Below, one piece after another: positions 1-8,276 of a DNA stretch of 43,088 bases. The notes under the pieces are model-generated. The model did no database searches. It was given only the letters and a program-made list of their open reading frames with translations, and was not told where the DNA came from. The stretch lies in IMG/VR virus record IMGVR_UViG_3300033067_000992, positions 1-43,088 of that record. One strand, 5' to 3'. The translations under genes and the position numbers were made by a program. How positions within the stretch are numbered: the stretch's first letter is position 1; every line of letters begins with the position of its first letter. The DNA comes from a virus (taxonomy: Duplodnaviria; Caudoviricetes).

Positions 1-110
1 GATTGGCCTCGAGATAGGCCCTGAGATGGTCCCTGAGATGGTCCCCGAGATTGGCCCCGAGATTGGCCCCGAGATTGGCCCCGAGATTGGCCTCGAGATT
101 GGCCCCGAGA
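1..110. repeat. 12-bp tandem repeat (GAGATTGGCCCC and variants), ~9 units, continuation of the array at the right end
   Basis: Directly visible; on the minus strand it encodes LGAN/LEAN/LGDH/LRAY tetrapeptides. Confidence 0.97.
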
Positions 111-328
111 CCAAGACCATTGAGAATCAGCTCCGCTTGCATCGGGCTCGCAAGCCGCAGCACCATTTCGGGCGCATCTATATCTATTGACCTGTACAGC
201 ATCCTGACTGCGCGCTCCGCCGCATCATAATCAGCACGCTCGGTGCATCGCCCTACAGCGAGCCACTCGACCGCCGCATCGCGAATGATGCGCTCGCGTT
301 CCGGCGTCAGCTCTAACAATTCATACAA
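1..328 (-). CDS. N-terminal part of DUF6745-like protein (continues at 43088..42004)
   Basis: Not in the ORF track. Manual translation from TTG at 328 (GGAG upstream) gives LYELLELTPERERIIRDAAVEWLAVGRCTERADYDAAERAVRMLYRSIDIDAPEMVLRLASPMQAELILNGLGLGANLEANL. The frame matches ORF 42004..42657 on direct circular joining. Confidence 0.8.
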   Translation of the reverse strand, partial: MYELLELTPERERIIRDAAVEWLAVGRCTERADYDAAERAVRMLYRSIDIDAPEMVLRLASPMQAELILNGLGLGANLEANLGANLGANLGANLGDHLRDHLRAYLEAN

Positions 329-364
329 CTAACAACGCTCCATTTCCGCTTAAAGTTAACAACC

Positions 365-919
365 TTAACGCCTCGCGCGCTTGGTGTCAAATTGCAAATC
401 GCGGCCGTCGCAATACTCCGCCAGCATCCGCATGCAACCCACGTCTGCGATCACCGCGACACTAAGGTCATAGGCCAGCGGGCCGAAGTCCTTGAGCAAT
501 CGCTCGGCGCCGATGCCCGTGGTGTAAATCCGGTTATGTCCGAATTGGCATGTCACCCCGCCCGCGAGCCAGCTTTTGACGTAGCCCTCGCCGCGCGCGG
601 TGCGCACGCGCTCAACGAATTGCATGACGATTCCGTCCGGTTTGTTATAGCGCCCGCCGCCAACATAGCTGGACGCGGCCTCTTCGCGCGCCGCATCCGC
701 CGCCAGCGTCGCGCACAGTCCGCGCAATTCAAACTCGGTCGGGAACCATTCTGACTGACGCGGCCAAGCGTCGAGCGCCCTCAGCGCCACCGCTTCAGGG
801 TATTCACTCAGCGTCGCGAACAAGCGGCGGGCGCCGGCCTCGATACCGCCTTCGCTTTGATCGGGGCGCGGGCGCGTCACTTGTGACAGCGCGCGGAAGG
901 CGTCGGCTAGCTTACTCAT
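365..919 (-). CDS. Replication-region protein, possible helicase loader/accessory
   Basis: 184-aa ORF downstream of the initiator; the W..QSEWFPT..EL motif resembles phage loader/P-like proteins. Confidence 0.5.
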   Translation of the reverse strand: MSKLADAFRALSQVTRPRPDQSEGGIEAGARRLFATLSEYPEAVALRALDAWPRQSEWFPTEFELRGLCATLAADAAREEAASSYVGGGRYNKPDGIVMQFVERVRTARGEGYVKSWLAGGVTCQFGHNRIYTTGIGAERLLKDFGPLAYDLSVAVIADVGCMRMLAEYCDGRDLQFDTKRARR

Positions 920-1395
920 TTCTCCGTCACTCCATCGGTCGTGGCGTTACGCAGAGCGTCGGTGCGCTCGTTAAATAGAGCCAACGCCTTTTCAACTGCG
1001 GCAGAGACAAGCGCGCTGTCTTTCGCCTCTACGGCTGCCGCCAAGGCATCGCCGCCGATTTCGCGAAAGGCGTCGTAACGGGCTTCGTGGAAGATGTCGG
1101 TCTGCTTGCCGATCTCGTCGTTGAGGTCCGCGAGCACCTTCTGAATGTCGGCCACGTCCTGCTCAGTGAGGGCGTCGCCGACCTTAAGCGCGTAGGCGCG
1201 GAAGAATGGGCCACCATCGTCCGTGTCAGCCATTTTCGGTTCGGCGGCGCGGAGGCGTTCGATTTCGTTCTCTGCGTCCGCAAGTCTATCGCGCAATTTA
1301 CTAGCCTCACCAACAAGGACAGCCCAGTCCTGTCCCGCTCTATCTAGTTCGGCGCGGAGGCGTTCAATCTCGGCGGCGGCTTCGTCGTCGTTCAT
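916..1395 (-). CDS. Hypothetical coiled-coil protein
   Basis: ATG at 1395 overlaps the upstream stop; internal EIERLRA duplication. Confidence 0.6.
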   Translation of the reverse strand: MNDDEAAAEIERLRAELDRAGQDWAVLVGEASKLRDRLADAENEIERLRAAEPKMADTDDGGPFFRAYALKVGDALTEQDVADIQKVLADLNDEIGKQTDIFHEARYDAFREIGGDALAAAVEAKDSALVSAAVEKALALFNERTDALRNATTDGVTEK

Positions 1396-1595
1396 TGTGT
1401 TTGCTTTCTTAGGCAAGGAGCGGGATAGGTGGTGCGGCGCTTCCTCCCGCTCGGATGGGTGTAGCTGCAAGTCACCGTTTCATACGGTGGCTCTGGCAAC
1501 GTTTCGCAGGGGTTGGCGCCCGGCCCCATGAGTGCGCCGCAGTGATCGCACCAGCTTTCGCCCTCAAGAAGAAAAAGCTCATCGGCGTCACTCAT
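1392..1595 (-). CDS. Small hypothetical protein with CxxC motif
   Basis: 67 aa, 4-nt overlaps with both neighbours, WCDHCG motif. Confidence 0.5.
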   Translation of the reverse strand: MSDADELFLLEGESWCDHCGALMGPGANPCETLPEPPYETVTCSYTHPSGRKRRTTYPAPCLRKQTQ

Positions 1596-2371
1596 TTCAG
1601 CCCCATCTCTGCTGCGATGCGATCAATGATCGCGGATGCGTCCGGGCGGCCGCCCCGGCGCGGTTGTTCAGTGACGGCGCCGGGCGCCGGAAGCCCGGCC
1701 AAGCGACGATCCCGGTTTTGCACGACGGCTTCCTCGAGCAGTTGCCACGTCGAGAACCGCTGCCCCCGTTTGCGAAAGCTGGCCGCGAGGCGATCCACCG
1801 CCGGCAGGATGTCTGCCTCCCAATCACAGCCGCCGCGAAGGAAACGGTTGAGGTCGGCCCCGTGGTGGACGCCGGGCGCTGTCGGGTCGCAGGCGTCGCC
1901 GGCTCTGGCGATCAACATATTGATGTCCTCTTTCGAGGCGATCCGCGCACGCGCCTTTAACGATACGACTTCCTCTAATGGTTCAATAACGGTTCTTGGG
2001 GCCGCACCTTGTGCGGCTGGGGGAGCCGCATAGCTATGCGGCTGGCCCCTGGGCAATTCTGCGGCTAGGTGCATTTTTGCACCCGCCGCAATATTGCGGC
2101 GGGGGAACACAACATATAGATTTGAGGTCCGGGCTTTGGACCCCTCGCGATCGCGCTTTTCCTTCGTCACTAGCCCCGCATCGCATAGCTCGGTAATGGC
2201 CCGGTCAACGGTATCGACGGAGCAATCCCCAGCCTCCGCGAGCGAGCGCCGGGAGGGGAACGATTGCCCCGTATCCTTGTCCGCGTTGTTCGCCAAGCCG
2301 ATCAGGATCAGCTTGGCGCGGGGCGATAGGCCGCGCACGGTCAGGGCCAGCGCCAAGGCTTCAACGCTCAC
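1592..2371 (-). CDS. Phage replication initiator, N-terminal winged HTH
   Basis: KLILIGLANNAD..G.SFPSRRSLAE..DCSVDTV.RAI..L...GLV...R...RTSNLY is typical of phage HTH initiators; internal iteron-like repeats. Confidence 0.85.
   Translation of the reverse strand: MSVEALALALTVRGLSPRAKLILIGLANNADKDTGQSFPSRRSLAEAGDCSVDTVDRAITELCDAGLVTKEKRDREGSKARTSNLYVVFPRRNIAAGAKMHLAAELPRGQPHSYAAPPAAQGAAPRTVIEPLEEVVSLKARARIASKEDINMLIARAGDACDPTAPGVHHGADLNRFLRGGCDWEADILPAVDRLAASFRKRGQRFSTWQLLEEAVVQNRDRRLAGLPAPGAVTEQPRRGGRPDASAIIDRIAAEMGLK
2001..2100. promoter_or_regulatory. Putative replication origin: five palindromic GCCGCA-N4-6-TGCGGC-type iterons
   Basis: gccgcaccttgtgcggc (2001), gccgcatagctatgcggc (2025), gggcaattctgcggc (2051), ggtgcatttttgcacc (2068), gccgcaatattgcggc (2085), all inside the initiator gene as in lambdoid origins. 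Confidence 0.7.
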
Positions 2372-2841
2372 GCCGCGACCGCCAGCGCGTCAGCTTCGGC
2401 CGCCTTGCTGGGCTGGTATACCAGCCGCGCGTGATCCTTGCACCATGAGCCCGCCAGCGTGCGGCGCCCGCATATCGGGGTGTCGTGGGCGTCGCGGATA
2501 TAGCGGCATTGATCCGCGTTAGCGTGCTCTATTGCGGGGCCGATCGGCTCCATTGCCGCAATCGCGCGCAGATGCTCCGGGGTGAGGGTTTTGGCCTTGG
2601 CGTACTTGGGGCGGCGCAGGACATAGACAGCGCCGTGGAGGGGCGCGGCGGGCTTTGGCGGGCGGGTTGTGCGGGCGGCCAGCTTTGGCCCGCACAGGCC
2701 CAGGCGGTGAACCTTGCCAATGACGGCGTTGCGGGTACAGCCAATCTTGAGCGCGATCTGGCCCGCGCTATGCCCGTTCGTCCATTCGCGGGTGACGATG
2801 GCTATGCGGTCTTCCGTCCAGGTGGTTTGGTGCGCGCTCAT
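2368..2841 (-). CDS. gcrA: GcrA-family cell-cycle regulator homolog
   Basis: N-terminal WTEDRI...W..G.SA.QIA...G.TRNAVIGKVHRLGL and C-terminal CRY...CG......WC..HAR..YQP. Confidence 0.9.
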   Translation of the reverse strand: MSAHQTTWTEDRIAIVTREWTNGHSAGQIALKIGCTRNAVIGKVHRLGLCGPKLAARTTRPPKPAAPLHGAVYVLRRPKYAKAKTLTPEHLRAIAAMEPIGPAIEHANADQCRYIRDAHDTPICGRRTLAGSWCKDHARLVYQPSKAAEADALAVAA

Positions 2842-2853
2842 TTTGGTGCTCCC

Positions 2854-3678
2854 TCAAAACGACAGTGGTTCTTGCGTTGGCTTCGTCCGTGGCTCCTCGA
2901 ATAGGCGGGGCTGCTTCCAAGCCTCCTCAATGCGGCGGCAGGACAATCCAAAATGCTCTGGATCAAGCTCTATGCCCACAAACCGGCGCCCCGACTTGAT
3001 CGCCGCAACGCCCGTTGAGCCGCCGCCCATGAAGGGATCGAGCACAACATCGCCCGGCTGGGAATGCAGCTTTATGAAGTGCGCCGCCAACGCTGGCGGC
3101 TTCGGTGTCGGATGATCATCGGCTTGCGGGATGATTTTCCCGATCCCGTAGGCGCCGGGACGGATGACGTTTTCGATCCGATCGGTTGTGTCGAACCACT
3201 TGCATGCCGCGCCGGGCTTTTCGCCCACAAGCACCGTTTCGTATGAGCGGCGATAATGCCAACCCATGCCCATCGGCCCCTTATCCCAAACCACCATCTG
3301 CTTGAAGTTCAGGTGCCCATCCAGCCATAGCGACCAGCGCGCGAATTGCGGGTCTGGTCCGCCGCCGCCGCCGCAGCAGCAGCAGCAGCTGCAGCCCCCA
3401 CTTCGGAGCAATCGCGCGAAATGCGGTAAAACAAAGCGAAACAGGTCATTTGCTTCCGGCCCATCGTTAGCGATGGGCCGGCCCACCGATGTATCACCAT
3501 CGGAGGGAGGGCGGCCTAGGGCGGCCTCCCACCGATGTATCAAGTCGCCGTTGTTGTTGTTGTGCCCGTAAGGCGGGTCGGTGAAAATAAAGTCCACCGG
3601 CTCCAGCGTCGGCAGTACTTCGCGACAATCACCAAGGATCAGCCGCGCGTCGTCGATGATCTCTTCGCGGAAGCTCAT
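2854..3678 (-). CDS. Orphan DNA N6-adenine/N4-cytosine methyltransferase (beta class)
   Basis: DPPY near the N-terminus, HPTPKP and VLDPFMGGGSTG near the C-terminus. Confidence 0.93.
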   Translation of the reverse strand: MSFREEIIDDARLILGDCREVLPTLEPVDFIFTDPPYGHNNNNGDLIHRWEAALGRPPSDGDTSVGRPIANDGPEANDLFRFVLPHFARLLRSGGCSCCCCCGGGGGPDPQFARWSLWLDGHLNFKQMVVWDKGPMGMGWHYRRSYETVLVGEKPGAACKWFDTTDRIENVIRPGAYGIGKIIPQADDHPTPKPPALAAHFIKLHSQPGDVVLDPFMGGGSTGVAAIKSGRRFVGIELDPEHFGLSCRRIEEAWKQPRLFEEPRTKPTQEPLSF

Positions 3679-3824
3679 GCCCGCACCCGCCGCATGGCTT
3701 CATGGTAAGCATGCACCCGCTCCGCCTCGCGCCGCAGCCGCGCCAGCCGCACCTTGGCGATGTGGTGCGCGCGCAGCGCCGCGACTGCGCCGATCAGCGC
3801 CAGCATAAACAGCACGGCGCTCAT
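3675..3824 (-). CDS. Small membrane-anchored protein (49 aa)
   Basis: Manual translation MSAVLFMLALIGAVAALRAHHIAKVRLARLRREAERVHAYHEAMRRVRA; ATGA overlap with the MTase start. Confidence 0.6.
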   Translation of the reverse strand: MSAVLFMLALIGAVAALRAHHIAKVRLARLRREAERVHAYHEAMRRVRA

Positions 3825-3928
3825 GTAGCGCACACTACGCAATGGGGATAAGTCTTGCGCGCGTCGCAGTGCGGCGCAATATAAGGCCCGAGGGCCGGGC
3901 GCTGGAAAAACGGGAAGGCCGGTAACAA
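3821..3928 (-). CDS. Possible 35-aa peptide
   Basis: TTG start after GAGGGAG RBS, ATGA overlap with the next gene; ends HCVVCAT. Confidence 0.35.
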   Translation of the reverse strand: MLPAFPFFQRPALGPYIAPHCDARKTYPHCVVCAT

Positions 3929-3969
3929 GCGGAATGCTCCCTCAAGCGTAAGCTGCGTTACTGTTCCTA

Positions 3970-4003
3970 GAAGGGGCCAGCGTTTGCCGCGCTTGGCCCC
4001 TTC
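3970..4003. terminator. Strong hairpin downstream of the Cro-like gene (tR1-like position)
   Basis: gaaggggcca / tggccccttc 10-bp stem; no clear U-tract on the minus strand. Confidence 0.4.
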
Positions 4004-4043
4004 GCTATTGTTGCGCCCTATCCGCGCGCAACGTCAAGCGGCG

Positions 4044-4253
4044 TTAAAGTCGTTTCAGCCCTGTGATTTTTTTGATCGCCTCGCCCAGCTCCGGGCTGAT
4101 TCCGCGCTTGCCTTGCAGGATCAGCGTAATCAGCGCCGGCGAGACGTTAAGCTGCTTTGCAAGCCAAGACCGCTTTTGGCGATTGGCCCAGAGCCAGCGC
4201 TCTAGTGGCGACTCAAAGGGCGGCGGCTTAATCATGGCGTCAGTGTCCGTCAT
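4044..4253 (-). CDS. Cro-like XRE helix-turn-helix regulator
   Basis: 69 aa; RSWLAKQLNVSPALITLILQGKRGISPEL..AIKKITG; first gene of the leftward early operon. Confidence 0.85.
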   Translation of the reverse strand: MTDTDAMIKPPPFESPLERWLWANRQKRSWLAKQLNVSPALITLILQGKRGISPELGEAIKKITGLKRL

Positions 4254-4259
4254 GCATCC

Positions 4260-4345
4260 CGATTAGGCCCGCGTTTACCCTTTGTCAATTATTTTTCCGC
4301 GCCCGCGTAAAGTCGCTTGACGGGGTTGGCGGCGCGCGGCAGGGT
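4260..4345. promoter_or_regulatory. Back-to-back early promoters
   Basis: Minus strand TTGACA(4288-4283)-N17-TAATCG just before the cro ATG; plus strand TTGACG(4317)-N17-CAGGGT (weak -10); GCCCGCGT repeated at 4267 and 4301. Confidence 0.55.
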
Positions 4346-4372
4346 GGGGTTAACGATTTGGAGAAAAAGCCC

Positions 4373-4645
4373 ATGACCCTATCCGAACAAGCCGCCGATC
4401 GGGCGACCATCGTGGGCGGGGTGATCGAAGATCACGCCGCAGCGCTGAAAGATGCGCTTTCCGACTTCGTGCATGATCTGAGCGAGGCCGGGTGCTTCCG
4501 TGTTCATCGCGGCTGGAGCACCTACGCCGAGCGCACGGCGGCGGTTGAGGCGGCGGTGCGCGCGGCGGTGCAGAGCGTGCTAACGAACGCCTGGGTCGAT
4601 CTGCCGGACGAAACCAAGGCGCTTTATGTGGAGCGGGCGCAATGA
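4373..4645 (+). CDS. Hypothetical early protein
   Basis: ATG at 4373 after GGAG; ATGA coupling to the next gene. Confidence 0.7.
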   Translation: MTLSEQAADRATIVGGVIEDHAAALKDALSDFVHDLSEAGCFRVHRGWSTYAERTAAVEAAVRAAVQSVLTNAWVDLPDETKALYVERAQ

Positions 4646-5163
4646 TGAAATATGAAGTAAAAAACCGCTTTAGCGGCAGCGTGCAGTTCACCGCCGAGAT
4701 TGAGTGCGCCGAAGACGCATCCGTTTCAATCAAGCTGGGATTGGCTGTGAAGTGGGCAATGGCGGCGCGCGCCAACCTCGCGGGCGCCTACCTCGCGGGC
4801 GCCAACCTCGCGGGCGCCGACCTCGCGGACGCCAACCTCGCGGGCGCCTACCTCGCGGGCGCCAACCTCGCGCGCGCCGACCTCGCGGGCGCCGACCTCG
4901 CGGGCGCCTACCTCGCGGGCGCCAACCTCGCGGGCGCCTACCTCGCGGGCGCCAACCTCGCGGACGCCAACCTCGCGCGCGCCGACCTCGCGGGCGCCGA
5001 CCTCGCGGGCGCCCGTAACCTTCCAGGTGGTGCGACGCAAACTGATCCGCCAGAACCATATGAACTCAAGCCCGCAGCGGAACGCTACACCGAACGCGCC
5101 GCGCGCTGCGCTGCTGAGCAGACCGCGAAAGCGGGCAACTCAGAGCAAAACAATGAGCGTTGA
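4642..5163 (+). CDS. Pentapeptide-repeat protein
   Basis: 16 A(N/D/Y)LA(G/D/R) repeats after the common phage N-terminus [18 protein letters not shown]. Confidence 0.92.
   Translation: MMKYEVKNRFSGSVQFTAEIECAEDASVSIKLGLAVKWAMAARANLAGAYLAGANLAGADLADANLAGAYLAGANLARADLAGADLAGAYLAGANLAGAYLAGANLADANLARADLAGADLAGARNLPGGATQTDPPEPYELKPAAERYTERAARCAAEQTAKAGNSEQNNER
4771..5010 (+). repeat. 15-bp tandem repeat x16 (GCCAACCTCGCGGGC and variants)
   Basis: Directly visible. Confidence 0.97.
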
Positions 5164-5920
5164 ACCTCCTATCTCCGAGCCCGCGCGCGCCAGAGAGCCA
5201 ACCGCCCCCCACGTCATCCGCGCCATGAACGCCGTCACGGCAGAGCTTGCCGGCGAAGGCGTCAGCAAATCTCGCAGCAACCAGCAACAGGGCTATAAAT
5301 TCCGAGGCATCGACGAGGTGCTAAACGCACTCGCCCGCGTCATCGCGGAAAACAAGCTGGTCATCATTCCGCACGTGCAAACGCGCGAATTGACAGAACG
5401 CCAGACCAAAAGCGGCGGTGTGCTTTTTTTCGTTACAGTGCGCGTCGATTATACCTTCATTAGCGCCGAGGATGGATCGCGCGAAGCCGTTGGCCCGTTC
5501 GATGGCGAGGCGATGGACTCCGCCGACAAGGCCACCAACAAGGCGATGAGCGCCGCCTATAAATACATGGCCATTCAAACTTTCTGCATCCCAACCGAAG
5601 GGGATAACGACGCGGACGCGACGACACACGAAGTTGTCGCCGCTGCTGGCGGGGAGCGTGCCCCAACGCAAACCCCACCCCGCCAGCAGCTTAATTCATC
5701 GCAGGCCAAGAAGGCCGACGCATGGCCGCGCTTTGTGGACAAGCTGAAAAGCTTTGGCGAGCTAAGCGATTTGGAGGAATGGTGGGCGCGCGCCACAACC
5801 GCGCAAGCGGTCAGTGAAATGCCGAGTGCATGGCAAGAACAGGCGGCGGAGGAATACGAAAAAGCGCAGGAGCGCTTGGCTGAGAAACTGCGGCGGGAAT
5901 TGGAGGAGGCGCGGCGATGA
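5153..5920 (+). CDS. erf: ERF-family ssDNA annealing protein
   Basis: K...[13 protein letters not shown] and [21 protein letters not shown]...[11 protein letters not shown] motifs. Confidence 0.9.
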   Translation: MSVEPPISEPARAREPTAPHVIRAMNAVTAELAGEGVSKSRSNQQQGYKFRGIDEVLNALARVIAENKLVIIPHVQTRELTERQTKSGGVLFFVTVRVDYTFISAEDGSREAVGPFDGEAMDSADKATNKAMSAAYKYMAIQTFCIPTEGDNDADATTHEVVAAAGGERAPTQTPPRQQLNSSQAKKADAWPRFVDKLKSFGELSDLEEWWARATTAQAVSEMPSAWQEQAAEEYEKAQERLAEKLRRELEEARR

Positions 5921-6069
5921 GAAGCACGGCTGACTACATGAGCGAGCAAGATCGCCAAGATTTGCGCGACGCTGGGCGCGGGCACTTGCTGGGGGAATAT
6001 CCCAGCGAGCTAGACCGCGCCGATGAAGAACGGAAGCGCCAGCGCGAGGAAGGCGATCCGCCGAAATGA
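5917..6069 (+). CDS. Small hypothetical protein (50 aa)
   Basis: [25 protein letters not shown]...; GGAGGAGG RBS and ATGA overlaps at both ends. Confidence 0.65.
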   Translation: MRSTADYMSEQDRQDLRDAGRGHLLGEYPSELDRADEERKRQREEGDPPK

Positions 6070-6533
6070 TCCGTCCGCCGATCCGCTTGAGCGGCCCGCT
6101 ACAGCGCCAGCTCGCCGCGTCCTATATTCTGGACGCGGCGCCGGCGGGGTGCGAAGTGCGGTTCGTGCAGGGCGACCGGCGCACGCCAGCGCAAAGCGAT
6201 GCGATGTGGGCCAAGCTAGATCAAATCGCCGCGCATGTGGTGTGGTGCGGCAAGCGCCTCACGGCTGAGGACTGGAAGGACGTGTTTACCGCGTCGCTCC
6301 GCAAGGCGCGCGTGGTGCCGACGATTGACGGCGACGGCTTCGTCCCGCTGGGAATGAGCACAAGCCGCATGACCCGCGACGAAATGAGCAATCTGCTGGC
6401 GCTGATCGACGCCTTTGCCGCCGAACGCGGCATAGTGTTCGCCGCGTCGGAAAGCGTTGAGCGGCTAGTGCGTCCCCGGCAGGGAAACCCCCGCCCGCTG
6501 CATGACAAGGATAGCGAACACGATGAGCACTAG
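6066..6533 (+). CDS. ninB: NinB/Orf-family recombination protein
   Basis: RT.AQ.D.MWA.L..IA....W.G..L..EDWKDVF...VP.IDG.GFV.LG.STS.M...EMS.L..LI.AF.AERGI.F. Confidence 0.9.
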   Translation: MIRPPIRLSGPLQRQLAASYILDAAPAGCEVRFVQGDRRTPAQSDAMWAKLDQIAAHVVWCGKRLTAEDWKDVFTASLRKARVVPTIDGDGFVPLGMSTSRMTRDEMSNLLALIDAFAAERGIVFAASESVERLVRPRQGNPRPLHDKDSEHDEH

Positions 6534-6647
6534 GGCCTCAACCACGCGCTTCAGCCACGGCGGTTGCGCCGGGAACGGGATGCGCTCAAGCGCCGTCATA
6601 ACGAGGGCGATGATGACGAGGATGGCTGCGAAAGTAACGAGGTCCAT
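6465..6647 (-). CDS. Small two-TM membrane protein (60 aa)
   Basis: Two hydrophobic helices separated by IPFPAQPPW; GGAG RBS; last gene of the late operon. Confidence 0.75.
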   Translation of the reverse strand: MDLVTFAAILVIIALVMTALERIPFPAQPPWLKRVVEALVLIVFAILVMQRAGVSLPGTH

Positions 6648-6659
6648 GATGTTAGTCTC

Positions 6660-8276
6660 CTATTCCGCCGCGATAAGCCGCTGCGGGTTGGTTTCAGGGG
6701 TGCGGCCATGATCGCCGTCCTCTGCATCGTCGTCAGCGTATGGGCTGGCGTGATCTTCTTGCGCCTCGGGCAGATAGTCGTCCTGCTCCGGCGCTGTTTG
6801 GGGGAGCGCTAAATGTATTTCGTCATCTGGCTCTTGTACGCCGCGCCCTTCGTCCTGTTGGGCTTCCTCTGGCTCTACGGCGCCACTTGCCTCGCCTACT
6901 GGCTCGGGCGGCTCTTCGCTAAACTCGCCGGACGCGACTAACAGCGCGGCGACTTCATCATCGGAAAGGGCTTCGTCTTGGATATCCTGATCGGCTTCGT
7001 CTTGTTTCTGCTCATCGCTGGCGGGCTGGCTTACGGGTTGAGCGAGATCGCTGACCGGCTCGGCCGCGCCCGCCGACCGTAGCCCATCGTCACCGCCATC
7101 GTTTTCCGCGCCGGTTTCGTCGGGCGGGATGTCGGGCTGAATGTCCACCTTTTGCGGCTTGCCCTTTTTCAGCTTGCGCCAGTGCGGCTTGACCTTCACC
7201 AGCTCCTCGCCGCTTTCCGCGTCGTACACCTTGCCGGTCGCGGGCTTCATCGGCTCGGCGGCGATAGGCTCTTCGGCTCGCAAATCTTCGATCCGGTGAT
7301 CCTCTGGCGCCCACCCGGACAGCGAGATGTTGTGGCGCGACATGGCCTCACTCAACCCAACCCACCACCACGTTCCGAAGATGCCGATGATCGTGCAAAT
7401 CAGCGCCACAAACGGCGGGCGGTACACGTTGGCGTAGGTCGCGAAGGTGTCGAGGCCGACGCCGGCGTGGTCCTCAACGTGCGCGGCAACGGCGGCTTGC
7501 GTCGGCGCGGCGGCTAATTGCGCCCGCAGCGCATCGCGGCGCGCACGGGCGTCGTCGGCCGCTTGCGCCGCGCCAAGCGCCCGCTCAATCATCGGCAAGC
7601 GTTCGTCGCGCGTGGCCCGCGCTTGGGCAATATAGGTGCTCTGCCACCGCGCCGCGCCAACCGACGCCGCCTGCGCCATGTAGGCGTTGCGGTTGTTGAA
7701 CATGGTGTTGAGATCGGCGGTAATGCCGTCGATTTGGGTTTGCAGTTGCGCCCGGCCTTGGCCCGCCTGCTGCTCGACTACTTGGCCGGCGCGGACTTGC
7801 TCCTGGCGGTTGCTATTCATCACCACCGTGCCGGACACGATCACCAGCGCGTTCGCCAACAGGCCCGCGACGATCATGGTGGTGCGCCGCCAGCGGCCCG
7901 TGCCGCGCGCCTTCATTTGCACCGGCAACCACACCATTGACCACATGACAATCGGCACGGTCGCGGCAATGAGGCCGATCAGCACCGGCACGCTGCGAAT
8001 GTCGAAGGCGAAGTGCCATGCGCCGGACGCGGCTTGGCCGGTTCCGAACGCTACCGCCCAATCATTGTCCAGCCGCCCCGTCGCCTGAATGCAAAACAGG
8101 ATTGCCCAATAGACCTCAACGAACGCCGCGCACAGCGTTGCGGTCGCCGGAATTGAGAGCAGCCAAAAGCGGCTTTCATGGCCGTGGCGCTGTTGCGCGC
8201 GCTTGGCGGCCTTGCGTTCCGCTACCCGTTCGCCGCGCTCCCGCAGCCAGACTTTTGCTTGCCCGAGTACATTCAC
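6660..8276 (-). CDS. Large membrane protein: three TM helices, coiled coil, fourth TM helix, acidic disordered tail
   Basis: 538-aa ORF; hydrophobic segments and an E/D/P-rich C-terminal ~200 aa are visible. Confidence 0.8.
   Translation of the reverse strand: MNVLGQAKVWLRERGERVAERKAAKRAQQRHGHESRFWLLSIPATATLCAAFVEVYWAILFCIQATGRLDNDWAVAFGTGQAASGAWHFAFDIRSVPVLIGLIAATVPIVMWSMVWLPVQMKARGTGRWRRTTMIVAGLLANALVIVSGTVVMNSNRQEQVRAGQVVEQQAGQGRAQLQTQIDGITADLNTMFNNRNAYMAQAASVGAARWQSTYIAQARATRDERLPMIERALGAAQAADDARARRDALRAQLAAAPTQAAVAAHVEDHAGVGLDTFATYANVYRPPFVALICTIIGIFGTWWWVGLSEAMSRHNISLSGWAPEDHRIEDLRAEEPIAAEPMKPATGKVYDAESGEELVKVKPHWRKLKKGKPQKVDIQPDIPPDETGAENDGGDDGLRSAGAAEPVSDLAQPVSQPASDEQKQDEADQDIQDEALSDDEVAALLVASGEFSEEPPEPVGEASGAVEPEEAQQDEGRGVQEPDDEIHLALPQTAPEQDDYLPEAQEDHASPYADDDAEDGDHGRTPETNPQRLIAAE

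Noticed and set aside
350-368. Three TTAA half-sites suggesting a CtrA box
   Set aside because: Spacings are 2, 5 and 11 nt, not the TTAA-N7-TTAA consensus.
4704-5059. Arg-rich and REVGA repeat ORFs
   Set aside because: Alternative-frame shadows of the pentapeptide repeat.
6708-6941. Two plus-strand hydrophobic peptides (34 and 42 aa), the second with a GGGGAG RBS
   Set aside because: They lie in the codon-aligned antisense register of an acidic tract, which automatically yields hydrophobic sequence; not excluded but unsupported.
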